Positions 14,495 to 23,729 of a DNA stretch of 64,000 nt are shown here, piece by piece; the first letter of the stretch is position 1, and the number at the start of each line of letters is the position of its first letter. Origin of the DNA: a virus; IMG/VR virus record IMGVR_UViG_3300020045_011333, positions 64,001 to 128,000 of that record, one strand, 5' to 3'. The notes below the pieces were generated by a model that searched no databases, was not told the origin of the DNA, and worked only from the letters and a program-made list of their open reading frames with translations. The translations under genes were made by a program, and so were the position numbers.

Positions 14495-14638
14495 ATGAAA
14501 CAAAGTGGTATCGCTGAAATACAGACTGATAAAGATACTGAAGAGTCCTATATCGTGGTGCGAGTTGGACCTTTCAAAGATCGAAGATCAGCACAACGTA
14601 AACTCACTGAGTTAGTTAATAGTCCCGACCAAGCTTAA
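14495..14638 (+). CDS. small protein with SPOR-like motif (47 aa), not in ORF track
   Basis: YIVVRVGPFKDRRSAQRKLTEL resembles the SPOR half-repeat Y.V.VGPF.....A......L. Confidence 0.55.
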   Translation: MKQSGIAEIQTDKDTEESYIVVRVGPFKDRRSAQRKLTELVNSPDQA

Positions 14639-14788
14639 CTTATTAAAGTAGAACTTAGTAAGTTATACAAAAATCTAATTCCAAGGTGGGATTAGTAAGG
14701 AATACAGAGTAGACCTTTTATTTTAAATACTTAAATCTTTATAAAAATAGAATTTTTAAAAGATAATATACATCGGAGATGTAGTACT

Positions 14789-15565
14789 ATGGCAGAGATG
14801 CTTTTTGATACCCTAGATCAGCTTCCAGAGGAACTGAGAGAATTTGGTAAAGCTCGCGATGACGGCAAAGTAGTTGTTAATCTCGTTCCTAAAGTAAGAG
14901 TAGATGAATTCCGTGAAAAGAATATTGCACTTGCAAAGGACAATGAAACATTTACAGCCCGTTTAGCCAAACTTAGCAAACATGTAGGGGAAGATGAAGA
15001 CAAGTTCGTCAACGAACTAACTGAACTTCGCAAGACGAAGCAATTAGTAGAAGATGGCAAGCTTGCTGAATCTGGTAAAGTTGAAGAAGTTCTAGCCGAA
15101 CGTACTAAGAAGATGCGTGAAAATTACGAAGAAGAGCTTCGCAAGCTAGCTGGTGAATCTTCAGAATGGAAGCGAAATTTCAGTGATGTTACTGAGCAGC
15201 TTAAAGGTGTTCAGATTGATAATTATATTAGGGCAGCTATCCATGATGCAAAATCTGGTGCACGTCCTGAAGCTGAAAATCATATTCTTCTAGAAGCTCG
15301 TAAAGTTTTTAAAATAGATGGTGATAAAATCATTCCTAAGAATGGTGATGCTACTATTTTCGGATCAGACGGCGCAAGCCCAATGTCTCCGTTAGAGTGG
15401 ATGAAGTCTTTGCAAAAGAATCTTCCTTACCTCTTTAAAGAATCCAACGGCGGCGGTGCTAACGGTGGTGGTCTTGCTGGATACGGTAATATGACTAAAG
15501 ACGATATTAATAACTTGAGCGCACTTCAAAAGCTTGAGCTTGCTAATAGAAATCTAAAGAAATAA
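14789..15565 (+). CDS. capsid scaffolding protein
   Basis: Coiled-coil, Glu/Lys-rich, Gly-rich linker and short C-terminal helix; located between portal and capsid; GGAG RBS. Confidence 0.8.
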   Translation: MAEMLFDTLDQLPEELREFGKARDDGKVVVNLVPKVRVDEFREKNIALAKDNETFTARLAKLSKHVGEDEDKFVNELTELRKTKQLVEDGKLAESGKVEEVLAERTKKMRENYEEELRKLAGESSEWKRNFSDVTEQLKGVQIDNYIRAAIHDAKSGARPEAENHILLEARKVFKIDGDKIIPKNGDATIFGSDGASPMSPLEWMKSLQKNLPYLFKESNGGGANGGGLAGYGNMTKDDINNLSALQKLELANRNLKK

Positions 15566-15577
15566 AACTTTAAAAGT

Positions 15578-15698
15578 CCTGCTAGGCATGAATATACTCC
15601 TCGGTATGGCTGTGTCGGGGAAAATCTTTAGGGAACTTTCCCCATAAAAATTTCAGCCCAAGAAACTTTAATTAAAAACACTAATGCCTAGCAAGGAG
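15578..15698 (+). promoter_or_regulatory. structured leader of the major capsid gene that occludes the RBS
   Basis: Nested stems TGCTAGGCAT/ATGCCTAGCA, GGCTG/CAGCC, GGGGAAA/TTTCCCC; the outer stem reaches into AAGGAG. Confidence 0.6.
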
Positions 15699-15705
15699 AA
15701 TTCCC

Positions 15706-16638
15706 ATGGCACTGACTCTATTAGAGGCAAATAAACTTAATGACGGCGATATCAAGCGTTCTGCTATTGTAGAAATGTTTGCAATGAATGCCGACCTACT
15801 TCGCGTTATGCCTTTCGAGGACATTCCGGGTGGTAGCTATTCCTACACTGAAGAGCATAAGCTTCCGGGTATTGGTTTCCGTGGCGTAAACGAAGGCTAC
15901 AGCGAGTCTGTCGGCGTTCTAAACCCACGCACTGAAGCCCTCCGCATCGCTGGTGGTGATCTTGACGTAGACAAGTTCCTTATCCAGACACGTGGCGCTA
16001 ATGTTCGCACTCAGCACGAAGCAATGAAAGTTAAGGCTCTTTCACTCGGCATCATGAACAAAATGATCAACGGTGACTCTGAGCTTAACCAAGCTGAAGA
16101 ATTTGACGGTCTTCGCAAGCGTATTACTGGCGCTCAGCTTATTCCTGCCAATGGAACAGCACCTTCTGCCAACTCTCCTCTATCTCTTGAAGCACTAGAA
16201 TCAGCTATCGACGCTGTTGATGGTCCTACCCATCTTCTAATGTCAAAAACAATGAGAAGCAAGCTTTCAACTGCAATGCGTACTAGCATCGGTGGCGATT
16301 TCGCTACTGAAGTAGACACATTCGGTCAGCGCGTTTCTTACTTTAATGGTCTTCCGATCCTTATTGCTGATTTTGACGAAGCTGGTCAAAGCATGATGGG
16401 CTTCAATGAAGCTGGTCCTGCTGGCGGAACAAGCTCCGGTTCTATCTATGTACTTTCAATTGGCCCCGGCAAGATCAGTGGCATTCAGAACGGCTTCATT
16501 GACGTTCGCGATCTTGGTGAACTTGAAAGCAAGCCTGTATTCCGTACTCGTGTAGAATGGTATGTAGGTATGGTCGTTGAACATGGTCGCGCTGCGGCTC
16601 GTGTTTGGGGCATCACTAACGGTGCAGTTACTGTTTAA
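15706..16638 (+). CDS. major capsid protein (HK97 fold)
   Basis: 310 aa; biased high-expression codons; MALTLLEA.KL, LRIAGGDLDVDKF, EFDGLRKRI, VFRTRVEWYVG; AAGGAG RBS. Confidence 0.9.
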   Translation: MALTLLEANKLNDGDIKRSAIVEMFAMNADLLRVMPFEDIPGGSYSYTEEHKLPGIGFRGVNEGYSESVGVLNPRTEALRIAGGDLDVDKFLIQTRGANVRTQHEAMKVKALSLGIMNKMINGDSELNQAEEFDGLRKRITGAQLIPANGTAPSANSPLSLEALESAIDAVDGPTHLLMSKTMRSKLSTAMRTSIGGDFATEVDTFGQRVSYFNGLPILIADFDEAGQSMMGFNEAGPAGGTSSGSIYVLSIGPGKISGIQNGFIDVRDLGELESKPVFRTRVEWYVGMVVEHGRAAARVWGITNGAVTV

Positions 16639-16656
16639 TATCAACTGAAACAAACA

Positions 16657-16687
16657 TTGTCAAGTCAGAATTTATCTGACTTGACAA
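16657..16687. repeat. 13-bp perfect inverted repeat after the capsid gene
   Basis: TTGTCAAGTCAGA-attta-TCTGACTTGACAA. Confidence 0.85.
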
Positions 16688-16720
16688 AATTTAAACAAAA
16701 GACCATTAAGGATTAATAAA

Positions 16721-17164
16721 ATGGCTAATATGAATTCAAAGGTTAAGTTTCAGCTTGATAAAGACCCTTCAGTAACGCTTCGCGCCGCTGCTGCTGCTCC
16801 TATCACTGCTACAACTTCCGAAACTGGACTAAGCCTAAACAACGGCACTGCTTACTGGAACACTGGTATTACTCCGCTTCAAAACGCGGCTGTTAATATT
16901 ATTGTTAAGGCAATTGACCGCACCACGGCTGACGAAACCTACGCCTTCACTGTAGAAGTATCCAACCTAATCGGTGGAACTTACGTTGAAGTAGCTCGTC
17001 TAACCGGCGTTACTACAATTGGTGCTTATACCATCAATCTAGACTTTGACACGATCAAGAAAGCCAACCCAACGGCTGCTTTCATTCGTATCACTGCTAC
17101 GCTTGCTGGTACGACTCCTATCCTCGATTATGACGCTTATCTAGCACCTATCGTTGGAGCTTAA
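16721..17164 (+). CDS. putative capsid decoration/minor head protein
   Basis: Beta-rich 147 aa, capsid-like codon bias, directly after the MCP. Confidence 0.6.
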   Translation: MANMNSKVKFQLDKDPSVTLRAAAAAPITATTSETGLSLNNGTAYWNTGITPLQNAAVNIIVKAIDRTTADETYAFTVEVSNLIGGTYVEVARLTGVTTIGAYTINLDFDTIKKANPTAAFIRITATLAGTTPILDYDAYLAPIVGA

Positions 17165-17181
17165 TCTTAGATTAAGTAAAT

Positions 17182-17208
17182 AATTCCTCCCTTATTAAGG
17201 GAGGAATT
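17182..17208 (+). terminator. stem-loop (terminator or mRNA stabiliser)
   Basis: AATTCCTCCCTT-att-AAGGGAGGAATT. Confidence 0.6.
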
Positions 17209-17232
17209 TAACCCTAACAATGGAGAGAAGAC

Positions 17233-17856
17233 ATGTCTGATCTAATTAAAGTATATTCTCCTTCTGGCGAAGTTTTTGAGAATTCCCCTGCTAATGCTCG
17301 TGACCTTGTTGTCAATGCTGGCTGGACCTATGAAAAACTTAACAAAGCCGAACGCGAAGAGAAGAAAGCTGAAGATGATCTAGCTAAGGCTAAAATCGTT
17401 GGAATGCTTGCCGAACAACACGCTCGCACTGAACCTGAAGTTGTTCTGAAGGCACCTGATGCTTTCTTTGACGATGGTACTCTTTCCACTGGTGTGGAGA
17501 ACAAGGGTAACTTAGTAACCCAATCTATCTATGACGTAGCCGCTACTCAACCAGAAGCTAACGATGAAAAAGCCCTCAACACCAACGATCTAGTTGAAGC
17601 TGAGCAGCAATTTGCTGAAGGTAAAGATGATGGCGTAGAGCGTAGTGCTGACGGCAAAGCCGAAGTCATTGAAGAAATCAAAGACCAAGAAAAGCGTGAG
17701 TACATTGAAGTACAAGGCAAAGATATTGATAACAATGTCGAAATTGCTGACCTAATTGATAGTGAAAAAGATAAAGACGCAATTGTTAAGGCAGAAGATG
17801 ATTCTACCGAAGATGATGAGCCAAAAATCAAGCGCGGGCGCGCTAAGAAATCCTAA
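17233..17856 (+). CDS. acidic hypothetical protein with basic C-terminal tail
   Basis: GGAG RBS; D/E-rich; ends KIKRGRAKKS. Confidence 0.75.
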   Translation: MSDLIKVYSPSGEVFENSPANARDLVVNAGWTYEKLNKAEREEKKAEDDLAKAKIVGMLAEQHARTEPEVVLKAPDAFFDDGTLSTGVENKGNLVTQSIYDVAATQPEANDEKALNTNDLVEAEQQFAEGKDDGVERSADGKAEVIEEIKDQEKREYIEVQGKDIDNNVEIADLIDSEKDKDAIVKAEDDSTEDDEPKIKRGRAKKS

Positions 17857-17905
17857 TAAAAAATAATAAATAAATTTCACCTACCTATAGAGTGGTGAAC
17901 AACTC

Positions 17906-17934
17906 AAAGCCACATCTAAAAATGTGGCTTTTTT
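17906..17934 (+). terminator. intrinsic terminator
   Basis: AAAGCCACAT-ctaaaa-ATGTGGCTTT followed by TTT. Confidence 0.85.
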
Positions 17935-17954
17935 GTTAAGGAGTGCGGCCAACC

Positions 17955-18170
17955 ATGCCTGATAATGATGGTGATATTTTTAAAGAAGAAGAATTAGTCA
18001 CTGTCAAAATGAGGCTAAAAGATTATCGCCGTATGATGGCAATGATTGAACGTGATGAATCAATGTCCGTTGTTGGCAAACATATTAAAACAGTTCTTCT
18101 TTGGGCTTCTGGCGTATTAGCTGCTTGGCTTTTTCTATGGGATTTTGTTAAAGATAGATTAATGGGCTAA
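17955..18170 (+). CDS. small protein with C-terminal transmembrane segment
   Basis: AAGGAG RBS; VLLWASGVLAAWLFLW hydrophobic helix (track start GTG 17943). Confidence 0.6.
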   Translation: MPDNDGDIFKEEELVTVKMRLKDYRRMMAMIERDESMSVVGKHIKTVLLWASGVLAAWLFLWDFVKDRLMG

Positions 18171-18178
18171 TTTAATAG

Positions 18179-18206
18179 TTGACTTTTTAATAGTATGTGT
18201 TATAAT
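18179..18206 (+). promoter_or_regulatory. sigma70-type promoter
   Basis: TTGACT-16 nt-TATAAT with TG. Confidence 0.7.
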
Positions 18207-18299
18207 TCTTCATTATTAATTAGGAATGAAAGTATGGGTTAATAAAAGTTTTTAGGTTTAAACCAATTGTAATGAAATTAATTTAAGGTAAACTTATCT

Positions 18300-19031
18300 G
18301 TGATAACACATCAAAATCCCCCTTCTTTAACTAAGTCTGAAAAGCGCCGTGTAAGAAAAGATGTAAAAGAGACTAGAACAGAACATAAAATTAAAAGACC
18401 TTTAACACCTAAAACTGAAACCCAAAAATACTATTTAGAATGCCTTGATAACAACAGTCAAGTTTTTGCTTATGGCGGCGCAGGGACAGGGAAAACTTAC
18501 ATAGCCTCCCGGTACGCCATCAGAAAACTTGTAGAAAATAAGTATGAAAAACTTATCATTGCAAGACCTACTGTGGCTAACCGCCGACATGAATTAGGTT
18601 TCCTACCCGGAAATCTAGAAGCCAAGCTAAGGCCTTGGTTAGTTCCAATTCTTTCTTCTTTTGCTGATGAAGTTTCACCGTCAGACATAGATCGCCTTAA
18701 AAATTTAGGAAAGATTGAGTTTTTAAGTTTTGAACACATGCGCGGAAGAACATTTAATGATTCTGTCATTATTCTAGATGAAGCACAGAATTGTAGTTAT
18801 TCAGATTTGAAATTGTTCTTAACTAGAATTGGTGAAAATAGTTTGACTATTGTTAATGGCGATATTGATCAAATTGATATTTCAGACAGTGGATTAGAAA
18901 AAGTAATTGATCTAATCTACGATTACGATCTTGATGTGGATGTTGTAGAATTTACAGAAGAAGATGTCGTCCGATCTAAAGAAGCAAAAGTTTGGGTAAC
19001 GGCGTTTAATAGAGAAAAGAATAAGGATTAA
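18300..19031 (+). CDS. phoH: PhoH-family ATPase
   Basis: GGAGTGKT, LGFLPG.L.AKL.PW, MRGRTF, IILDEAQN, LTRIGENS, GDIDQID. Confidence 0.95.
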   Translation: MITHQNPPSLTKSEKRRVRKDVKETRTEHKIKRPLTPKTETQKYYLECLDNNSQVFAYGGAGTGKTYIASRYAIRKLVENKYEKLIIARPTVANRRHELGFLPGNLEAKLRPWLVPILSSFADEVSPSDIDRLKNLGKIEFLSFEHMRGRTFNDSVIILDEAQNCSYSDLKLFLTRIGENSLTIVNGDIDQIDISDSGLEKVIDLIYDYDLDVDVVEFTEEDVVRSKEAKVWVTAFNREKNKD

Positions 19032-19036
19032 TGTAG

Positions 19037-19552
19037 ATGGCGTTTAGTTTTGTTGTCGAAGATGGTACAGGATTACCGAACGCCACCTCTTATGTATCAT
19101 TAGAAGAAGCTAATGATATTCTTATTACTAACATACATAATACAGCATGGGACGCGCTAGATGATACTCAAAAAGAGTATCTTCTAGCTTGGTCCACTAG
19201 CTTATTAGATACTAAAGCAGAGTGGGATGGTTATAAGACTTACTCTACTTCTGCTCTTCGTTGGCCTAGGAAATACGTTATTAATCGTGATAATTTATGT
19301 CTGCCTAGTGACGAAATTCCACTGCAATTAAAACAAGCTACGGCTCAATACGCAAGATACTTAGTAGAACAAGACAGAACCGTCGAGCAAGAAACTGCCG
19401 GAATAACTGAAATTGTTGTTGACGTAATTGAATTGAAGTTTGATTCAAGTTATCGATTAGCCACAATACCTAGTTATATTAATGACTTAGTTTATGGAAT
19501 TGGAAGACTCAAAGGTGGAACGACTACAGTAGCTAAACTTCGTAGGAGTTAA
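19037..19552 (+). CDS. head-tail adaptor (DnaT-like family)
   Basis: FVVEDGTGL.NATSYVS...Q.L.WPR...IP.QLK.ATA.YA. Confidence 0.8.
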   Translation: MAFSFVVEDGTGLPNATSYVSLEEANDILITNIHNTAWDALDDTQKEYLLAWSTSLLDTKAEWDGYKTYSTSALRWPRKYVINRDNLCLPSDEIPLQLKQATAQYARYLVEQDRTVEQETAGITEIVVDVIELKFDSSYRLATIPSYINDLVYGIGRLKGGTTTVAKLRRS

Positions 19553-19554
19553 GT

Positions 19555-19926
19555 ATGGCTTTAAAAGGTTCTTTAAATAATCTTGTATCTTCCGCTATGA
19601 AAATTATAGGTGATATCCCTATTCAAATTACTTATGTCTCCAAAGGCTCTAATCCCGTTTACGATACAGTAAATGATATTGAAATTTCCACTGATTCCCA
19701 AGTTGTTGTCAGAACAGTTAAAGCAAGGTATAAAGCCGAAGAAATAAATGATTCAATTATTGTTTCTAAAGATGCTAAATTTATTATTGCTAACAAGGAT
19801 CTAAACGGAATAATCCCTAAAGAAAATGATTATTTTTTAGATGATCACAGCGAACGTTGGACTGTAAGAATAGTAGGTGGAGTACCCGGCGAAAGTGTCT
19901 GGATACTCCATTGTCGTAAGGCTTAA
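19555..19926 (+). CDS. putative head-closure protein
   Basis: Size, position, and ending WTVRIV...W.LHCRK. Confidence 0.6.
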   Translation: MALKGSLNNLVSSAMKIIGDIPIQITYVSKGSNPVYDTVNDIEISTDSQVVVRTVKARYKAEEINDSIIVSKDAKFIIANKDLNGIIPKENDYFLDDHSERWTVRIVGGVPGESVWILHCRKA

Positions 19927-20416
19927 AACTGTGACCTTTAAATCTAATATACCACAGTTTAAAAAGGATATCAATGACTATTTTCCTAAGTGGAAAAAAG
20001 AATTCGCCAAACGACTAAATAATATTTCTCGCTATAGCCATAAACAATTAATGTCCAAAACCCCGGTTTATGAGGGAACAACTGTTAGAAATTATATTTT
20101 AACAATGAATACACCTTCTAGCACGACTTATAGTCCTATTGGCTCAGGACCCACGGGGCAAACAAACGCAATGCCGTTAGGTTCCGAACCTCGACGCCCT
20201 GCTAACGAAGCGGCTGCGGCAGAGAGTTTAAATAATTTAAAGATTGACGTTAATAATCCTTTTGTCAGAATTTTTATAAGCAACAATTCAGATAGTGTGG
20301 CGGGGCTTGAAGTAGGGGCATTGCCCGGAACGCCCCTTCAATCTCGTAGTCCTAATGGTATGTTTGGCATCACTATGGAACAATTACTAAGTAAATTAAA
20401 CAGTGGAAGTATTTAA
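19877..20416 (+). CDS. putative neck/tail-completion protein (HK97 gp10-like); start uncertain
   Basis: KTPVYEGT.VRNY...IFISNN...LEVG...SPNGM pattern; position. Confidence 0.6.
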   Translation: MEYPAKVSGYSIVVRLKTVTFKSNIPQFKKDINDYFPKWKKEFAKRLNNISRYSHKQLMSKTPVYEGTTVRNYILTMNTPSSTTYSPIGSGPTGQTNAMPLGSEPRRPANEAAAAESLNNLKIDVNNPFVRIFISNNSDSVAGLEVGALPGTPLQSRSPNGMFGITMEQLLSKLNSGSI

Positions 20417-20847
20417 TGTCAGCATTAGATGAAGTACGACAAGCCATTACTACCAAATTATCTACATCAGGATTTCATTCCACGTTTCCTAATGTATCTA
20501 TTGCCATGCCTAACCAACCATTTACCGCTCCAACTGATAAAACTTATGTTAGGCTTTCTATTATTCATGGTGACTCAATCCAAGCTCAACTCTCCACAAC
20601 AAACGAAGTAGATCGCCATGTAGGCATACTTCAGTTTGATGTGGTTGTTCCGCTAGATGTTGGAACAAAAAATCAAAACGATGTAGCAGATTATTTAGGT
20701 AAAATCTTCAGACGATCAAGCCTTGTTACCCCTACAGCCGGTACTTTAATTTTTAAAACCCCCAATAATTTAGTAGTAGGACAAGAACGTGGGGCAGATA
20801 GAATAGTTGTTAGGCTTCCTTTTAGAAGAGACGAGCAGTTAAATTAA
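20416..20847 (+). CDS. tail terminator protein
   Basis: IAMPNQPF.AP...YVRLSI...RHVGILQFDVVVP...G; precedes the tail tube. Confidence 0.7.
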   Translation: MSALDEVRQAITTKLSTSGFHSTFPNVSIAMPNQPFTAPTDKTYVRLSIIHGDSIQAQLSTTNEVDRHVGILQFDVVVPLDVGTKNQNDVADYLGKIFRRSSLVTPTAGTLIFKTPNNLVVGQERGADRIVVRLPFRRDEQLN

Positions 20848-20866
20848 TGTACAAACAATAATTTAC

Positions 20867-20895
20867 TTGACTTTTTTAAATAAATGTAGTATTAT
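20867..20895 (+). promoter_or_regulatory. sigma70-type promoter for the tail tube gene
   Basis: TTGACT-17 nt-TATTAT. Confidence 0.7.
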
Positions 20896-20962
20896 GTGGA
20901 AATAATCAAAAGTTAAATGGGCCACTTAAGAAGCCCTATTATAATAATTTGGAGACATTAAA

Positions 20963-22807
20963 GTGGCTAACTTTGCAGACAGCAATCGTGCTGGCATTAA
21001 ACTTATTCAAGAGAATAACCTTACTTGGGGCGTAACACCTACCACAGGTAAAACACGCAATATTCGTATCACTTCTTCTTCCCTAGTTGCTGAAAAAGAG
21101 ACAGTTGTTTCTGATGAACTTCGTTCTGATCGTATGGTTAGTTCTGTTGTGGAAGTTTCGGCACAAACTACTGGTGATATTAACTACGAATTTAGTGCTG
21201 GTTCCCATGATATTCTCATGCAAGCCTTCCTTTTAGGACTTTGGACTCGTCCTATGGAATTTGATTATTTCAAGGGTAACGTCGCTTGGGGAACTACGAG
21301 CCGAATCGACCTTTCAGGTGGTGATTACAGAGACTACTTTACTGTTGGCCGTAGAATTAAAACTACAGGCTTTACAAATCCATCTAATAACAAATATAAT
21401 GAAATTGCCTCTATGGCATTTACGGGTGGTGTTACACAAATTACAGTGACCACAACTAATGCTGTAGTTGAAGCTGCTTCTGCCTTCACGAAAGTACAAG
21501 ATGCTAACGATGTTATTATTCTTAACAGTACTGCTATTCGTTTCGGAACTACTGGCGCTTCAACAATTGACTCAAATGGTACTAACGCCTTTGCCGCTGC
21601 CATCACTGCCGGTAATCTTGTTGCGGGCCAGAACATCTATGTAGACAATGGATCTGGCCGCGAAACTGGCTCTTACTCCTTTGCTACTAATGCTAGTGAT
21701 AATGATACTTTCACTATAAGTGATGGTATCAATTCTGTTATCTTTGAATTAGATGCAGGTACTGGCGTGATTCCAGGAAATCAAAGCGTAGCTCTGGGAG
21801 GAACCGGTACACTTACTGCTACTAATCTAGCTGCTGCTATTAATACGGCTCGTGTTGACGGGCGTCTTCAAGTTAAAGCTGTTGCCGCCACAACTACTGT
21901 TACTATTACTAATCTTCGTCGCGGCGGTGGATCACTTACTAAAGTTTCCGTAAACGGAACTGTAACAAACTTCACTGGCGGTATTGCAGGTTCTGGCGGC
22001 TTCTTCAAGATCGTTGCGGTAGCTGATGACGTGCTAACTGTATCACCTGCGCCAACAACTGATGCAAATGCTGGCGCTGCTGCTGTAACTATTAAAGGTT
22101 CAATGCTGCGCAATCCTGACGGAACGGGAACTCTACCACATCAGCAAATTGTGGCTCAAAGTTTTACGGCTGAAACTGGATTTGCTGACGTTAATCAGTA
22201 TTTCACTCACAATGGCTTACGTGTTGGTTCGTTCTCTATGGATGTTTCAACCGGCGCTATTGTTACCGGAACTTATGCTTTCGAAGGTAAAGAAACAAAG
22301 AGACTATTAACGGGTACTACTTTCTTAGGAGCAACTCCGTTTACGCCACTTAAAACTACTGCTACTGAAGTCATGAATTCTACAACGAATGTTGGATTAA
22401 TTGAAAAAGATGGTGTAGAACTAAGTTCTGCACTTCAATCAATTGCTCTTGAAGGTGATGCAACGCTTCGTCAACAACCAGCCGTAGGTTCTAAGTTCGC
22501 TCGTGGTATCGGTACTGGTCGTTTTAATCTAACTGGTACTGTTACAGCTTATTTTGAAAATGGCGCTCTTTACGATGACTTCATTACCCATGATACGGCC
22601 TCTCTAGCTTTTCGCTTTACTGATATTGATGGCAATACTTATAAGTATACTCTACCAGCGGTTAAGTTTACTAGTGATGCTATTGCACCTTCAGGCATTG
22701 ACCAAGATGTTGTTGAACCTCTTGAATTCACAGCGTTCCGCGATGGGACAACCGGCACTATGTTCCAGATCGATAGATGGAGCGACATTAAGAACGTCTC
22801 TGCTTAA
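20963..22807 (+). CDS. major tail tube protein with internal insertion
   Basis: TWGVTP...LVAEKETVVSDELRSDR...GDINYE; C-terminal GRFNLTGTVTAYFEN.ALY...YTLPAVKF; GGAG RBS, GTG start. Confidence 0.85.
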   Translation: MANFADSNRAGIKLIQENNLTWGVTPTTGKTRNIRITSSSLVAEKETVVSDELRSDRMVSSVVEVSAQTTGDINYEFSAGSHDILMQAFLLGLWTRPMEFDYFKGNVAWGTTSRIDLSGGDYRDYFTVGRRIKTTGFTNPSNNKYNEIASMAFTGGVTQITVTTTNAVVEAASAFTKVQDANDVIILNSTAIRFGTTGASTIDSNGTNAFAAAITAGNLVAGQNIYVDNGSGRETGSYSFATNASDNDTFTISDGINSVIFELDAGTGVIPGNQSVALGGTGTLTATNLAAAINTARVDGRLQVKAVAATTTVTITNLRRGGGSLTKVSVNGTVTNFTGGIAGSGGFFKIVAVADDVLTVSPAPTTDANAGAAAVTIKGSMLRNPDGTGTLPHQQIVAQSFTAETGFADVNQYFTHNGLRVGSFSMDVSTGAIVTGTYAFEGKETKRLLTGTTFLGATPFTPLKTTATEVMNSTTNVGLIEKDGVELSSALQSIALEGDATLRQQPAVGSKFARGIGTGRFNLTGTVTAYFENGALYDDFITHDTASLAFRFTDIDGNTYKYTLPAVKFTSDAIAPSGIDQDVVEPLEFTAFRDGTTGTMFQIDRWSDIKNVSA

Positions 22808-22838
22808 AAATTTAAAGTCTCAAAGACTTTGATATAAG

Positions 22839-22870
22839 ATGGCGGTGGTGTCGGGCTGCTGCCATTTTTA
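22839..22870 (+). terminator. intrinsic terminator after the tail tube gene
   Basis: ATGGCGGTGGT-gtcgg-GCTGCTGCCAT then TTTTA. Confidence 0.7.
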
Positions 22871-22927
22871 TTTAAACGACTAAATCCCGACATAATAACT
22901 TTAACTTTAACAGGAAATCCCGATAAA

Positions 22928-23326
22928 ATGAAATTCTCTACTTTTGCTACCGACATTGAATCCGAAGAAAATGGTAAGTGGTTTGAACTTGGTGAAGGCG
23001 CTAAAATCAAACTTCGTTCATTCCAAAGCGAGCGTTCACAGAAAGTTCGTGAATCCTTAGAAGCTCCTTACCTAGCACTTAAGCGTTCTGGTAAAGGCAT
23101 TCCTCAGGGCGAACAAGAAACTCTTCTAATTAGGCAGATGGCTCAAGCTATTATTGCTGATTGGGAAGGCTTCACTGATGAGGACGATGAAGTAATCCCG
23201 TTCTCTCAAAAAGCTGCCGAAGAAAAACTTACTACTTATCGCGAATTCCGCAACCTCGTAGCACGTCTCGTAACTGACGATGACGCTTATAAAGCTGAAG
23301 CTAAAGAGGAAGCAGAAAAAAACTAA
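22928..23326 (+). CDS. tail assembly chaperone (gpG-like)
   Basis: EENGKWFE.G.GAKIKLRS...IIADWEGF; located between tube and tape measure. Confidence 0.85.
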   Translation: MKFSTFATDIESEENGKWFELGEGAKIKLRSFQSERSQKVRESLEAPYLALKRSGKGIPQGEQETLLIRQMAQAIIADWEGFTDEDDEVIPFSQKAAEEKLTTYREFRNLVARLVTDDDAYKAEAKEEAEKN

Positions 23327-23718
23327 CTGATCACCTTCAGTATTTTCTAAAGCCTACCAGTCATAAAATCTCTAAGAAAGATTCTGAATGGGTTAAAAAG
23401 CTTAAGGAAGAAAGAGGTGAACAAGTTCTCGACGGCGAAAAAGAAGAAGGGCCTAAACTTTTTGAAGATTTACTGTGGGTTTGGCAAGGCTTCCTTGTCC
23501 TTTCAAATTCACGATCTGTAGGAATGGGAGGCCCACTTCATATTACTTTTTCTGAAATCAATCATTATTGTCAAATTTATAGGATTGATGGGTATAAGAA
23601 AAAGACAGATTTTACTGACTTTGTTAAACTTTTAGATGTTCTCTGGATCGAAGATTATTACGAAAAAGAAAATAAAAGAAGAGACGCAGAGAAACGTAAA
23701 AGTAATAATAAAAAATAA
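23317..23718 (+). CDS. -1 frameshift extension of the tail chaperone (gpGT-like), slippery site A AAA AAC at 23317-23323
   Basis: The -1 frame is open from 23323 to TAA 23718 (LTDHLQYFLKP...WVWQGFLVLSNSRSVGMGGPLHITFSEI...) with no ATG until 23524. Confidence 0.85.
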   Translation, partial: KKLTDHLQYFLKPTSHKISKKDSEWVKKLKEERGEQVLDGEKEEGPKLFEDLLWVWQGFLVLSNSRSVGMGGPLHITFSEINHYCQIYRIDGYKKKTDFTDFVKLLDVLWIEDYYEKENKRRDAEKRKSNNKK

Positions 23719-23729
23719 GAGATATATTA

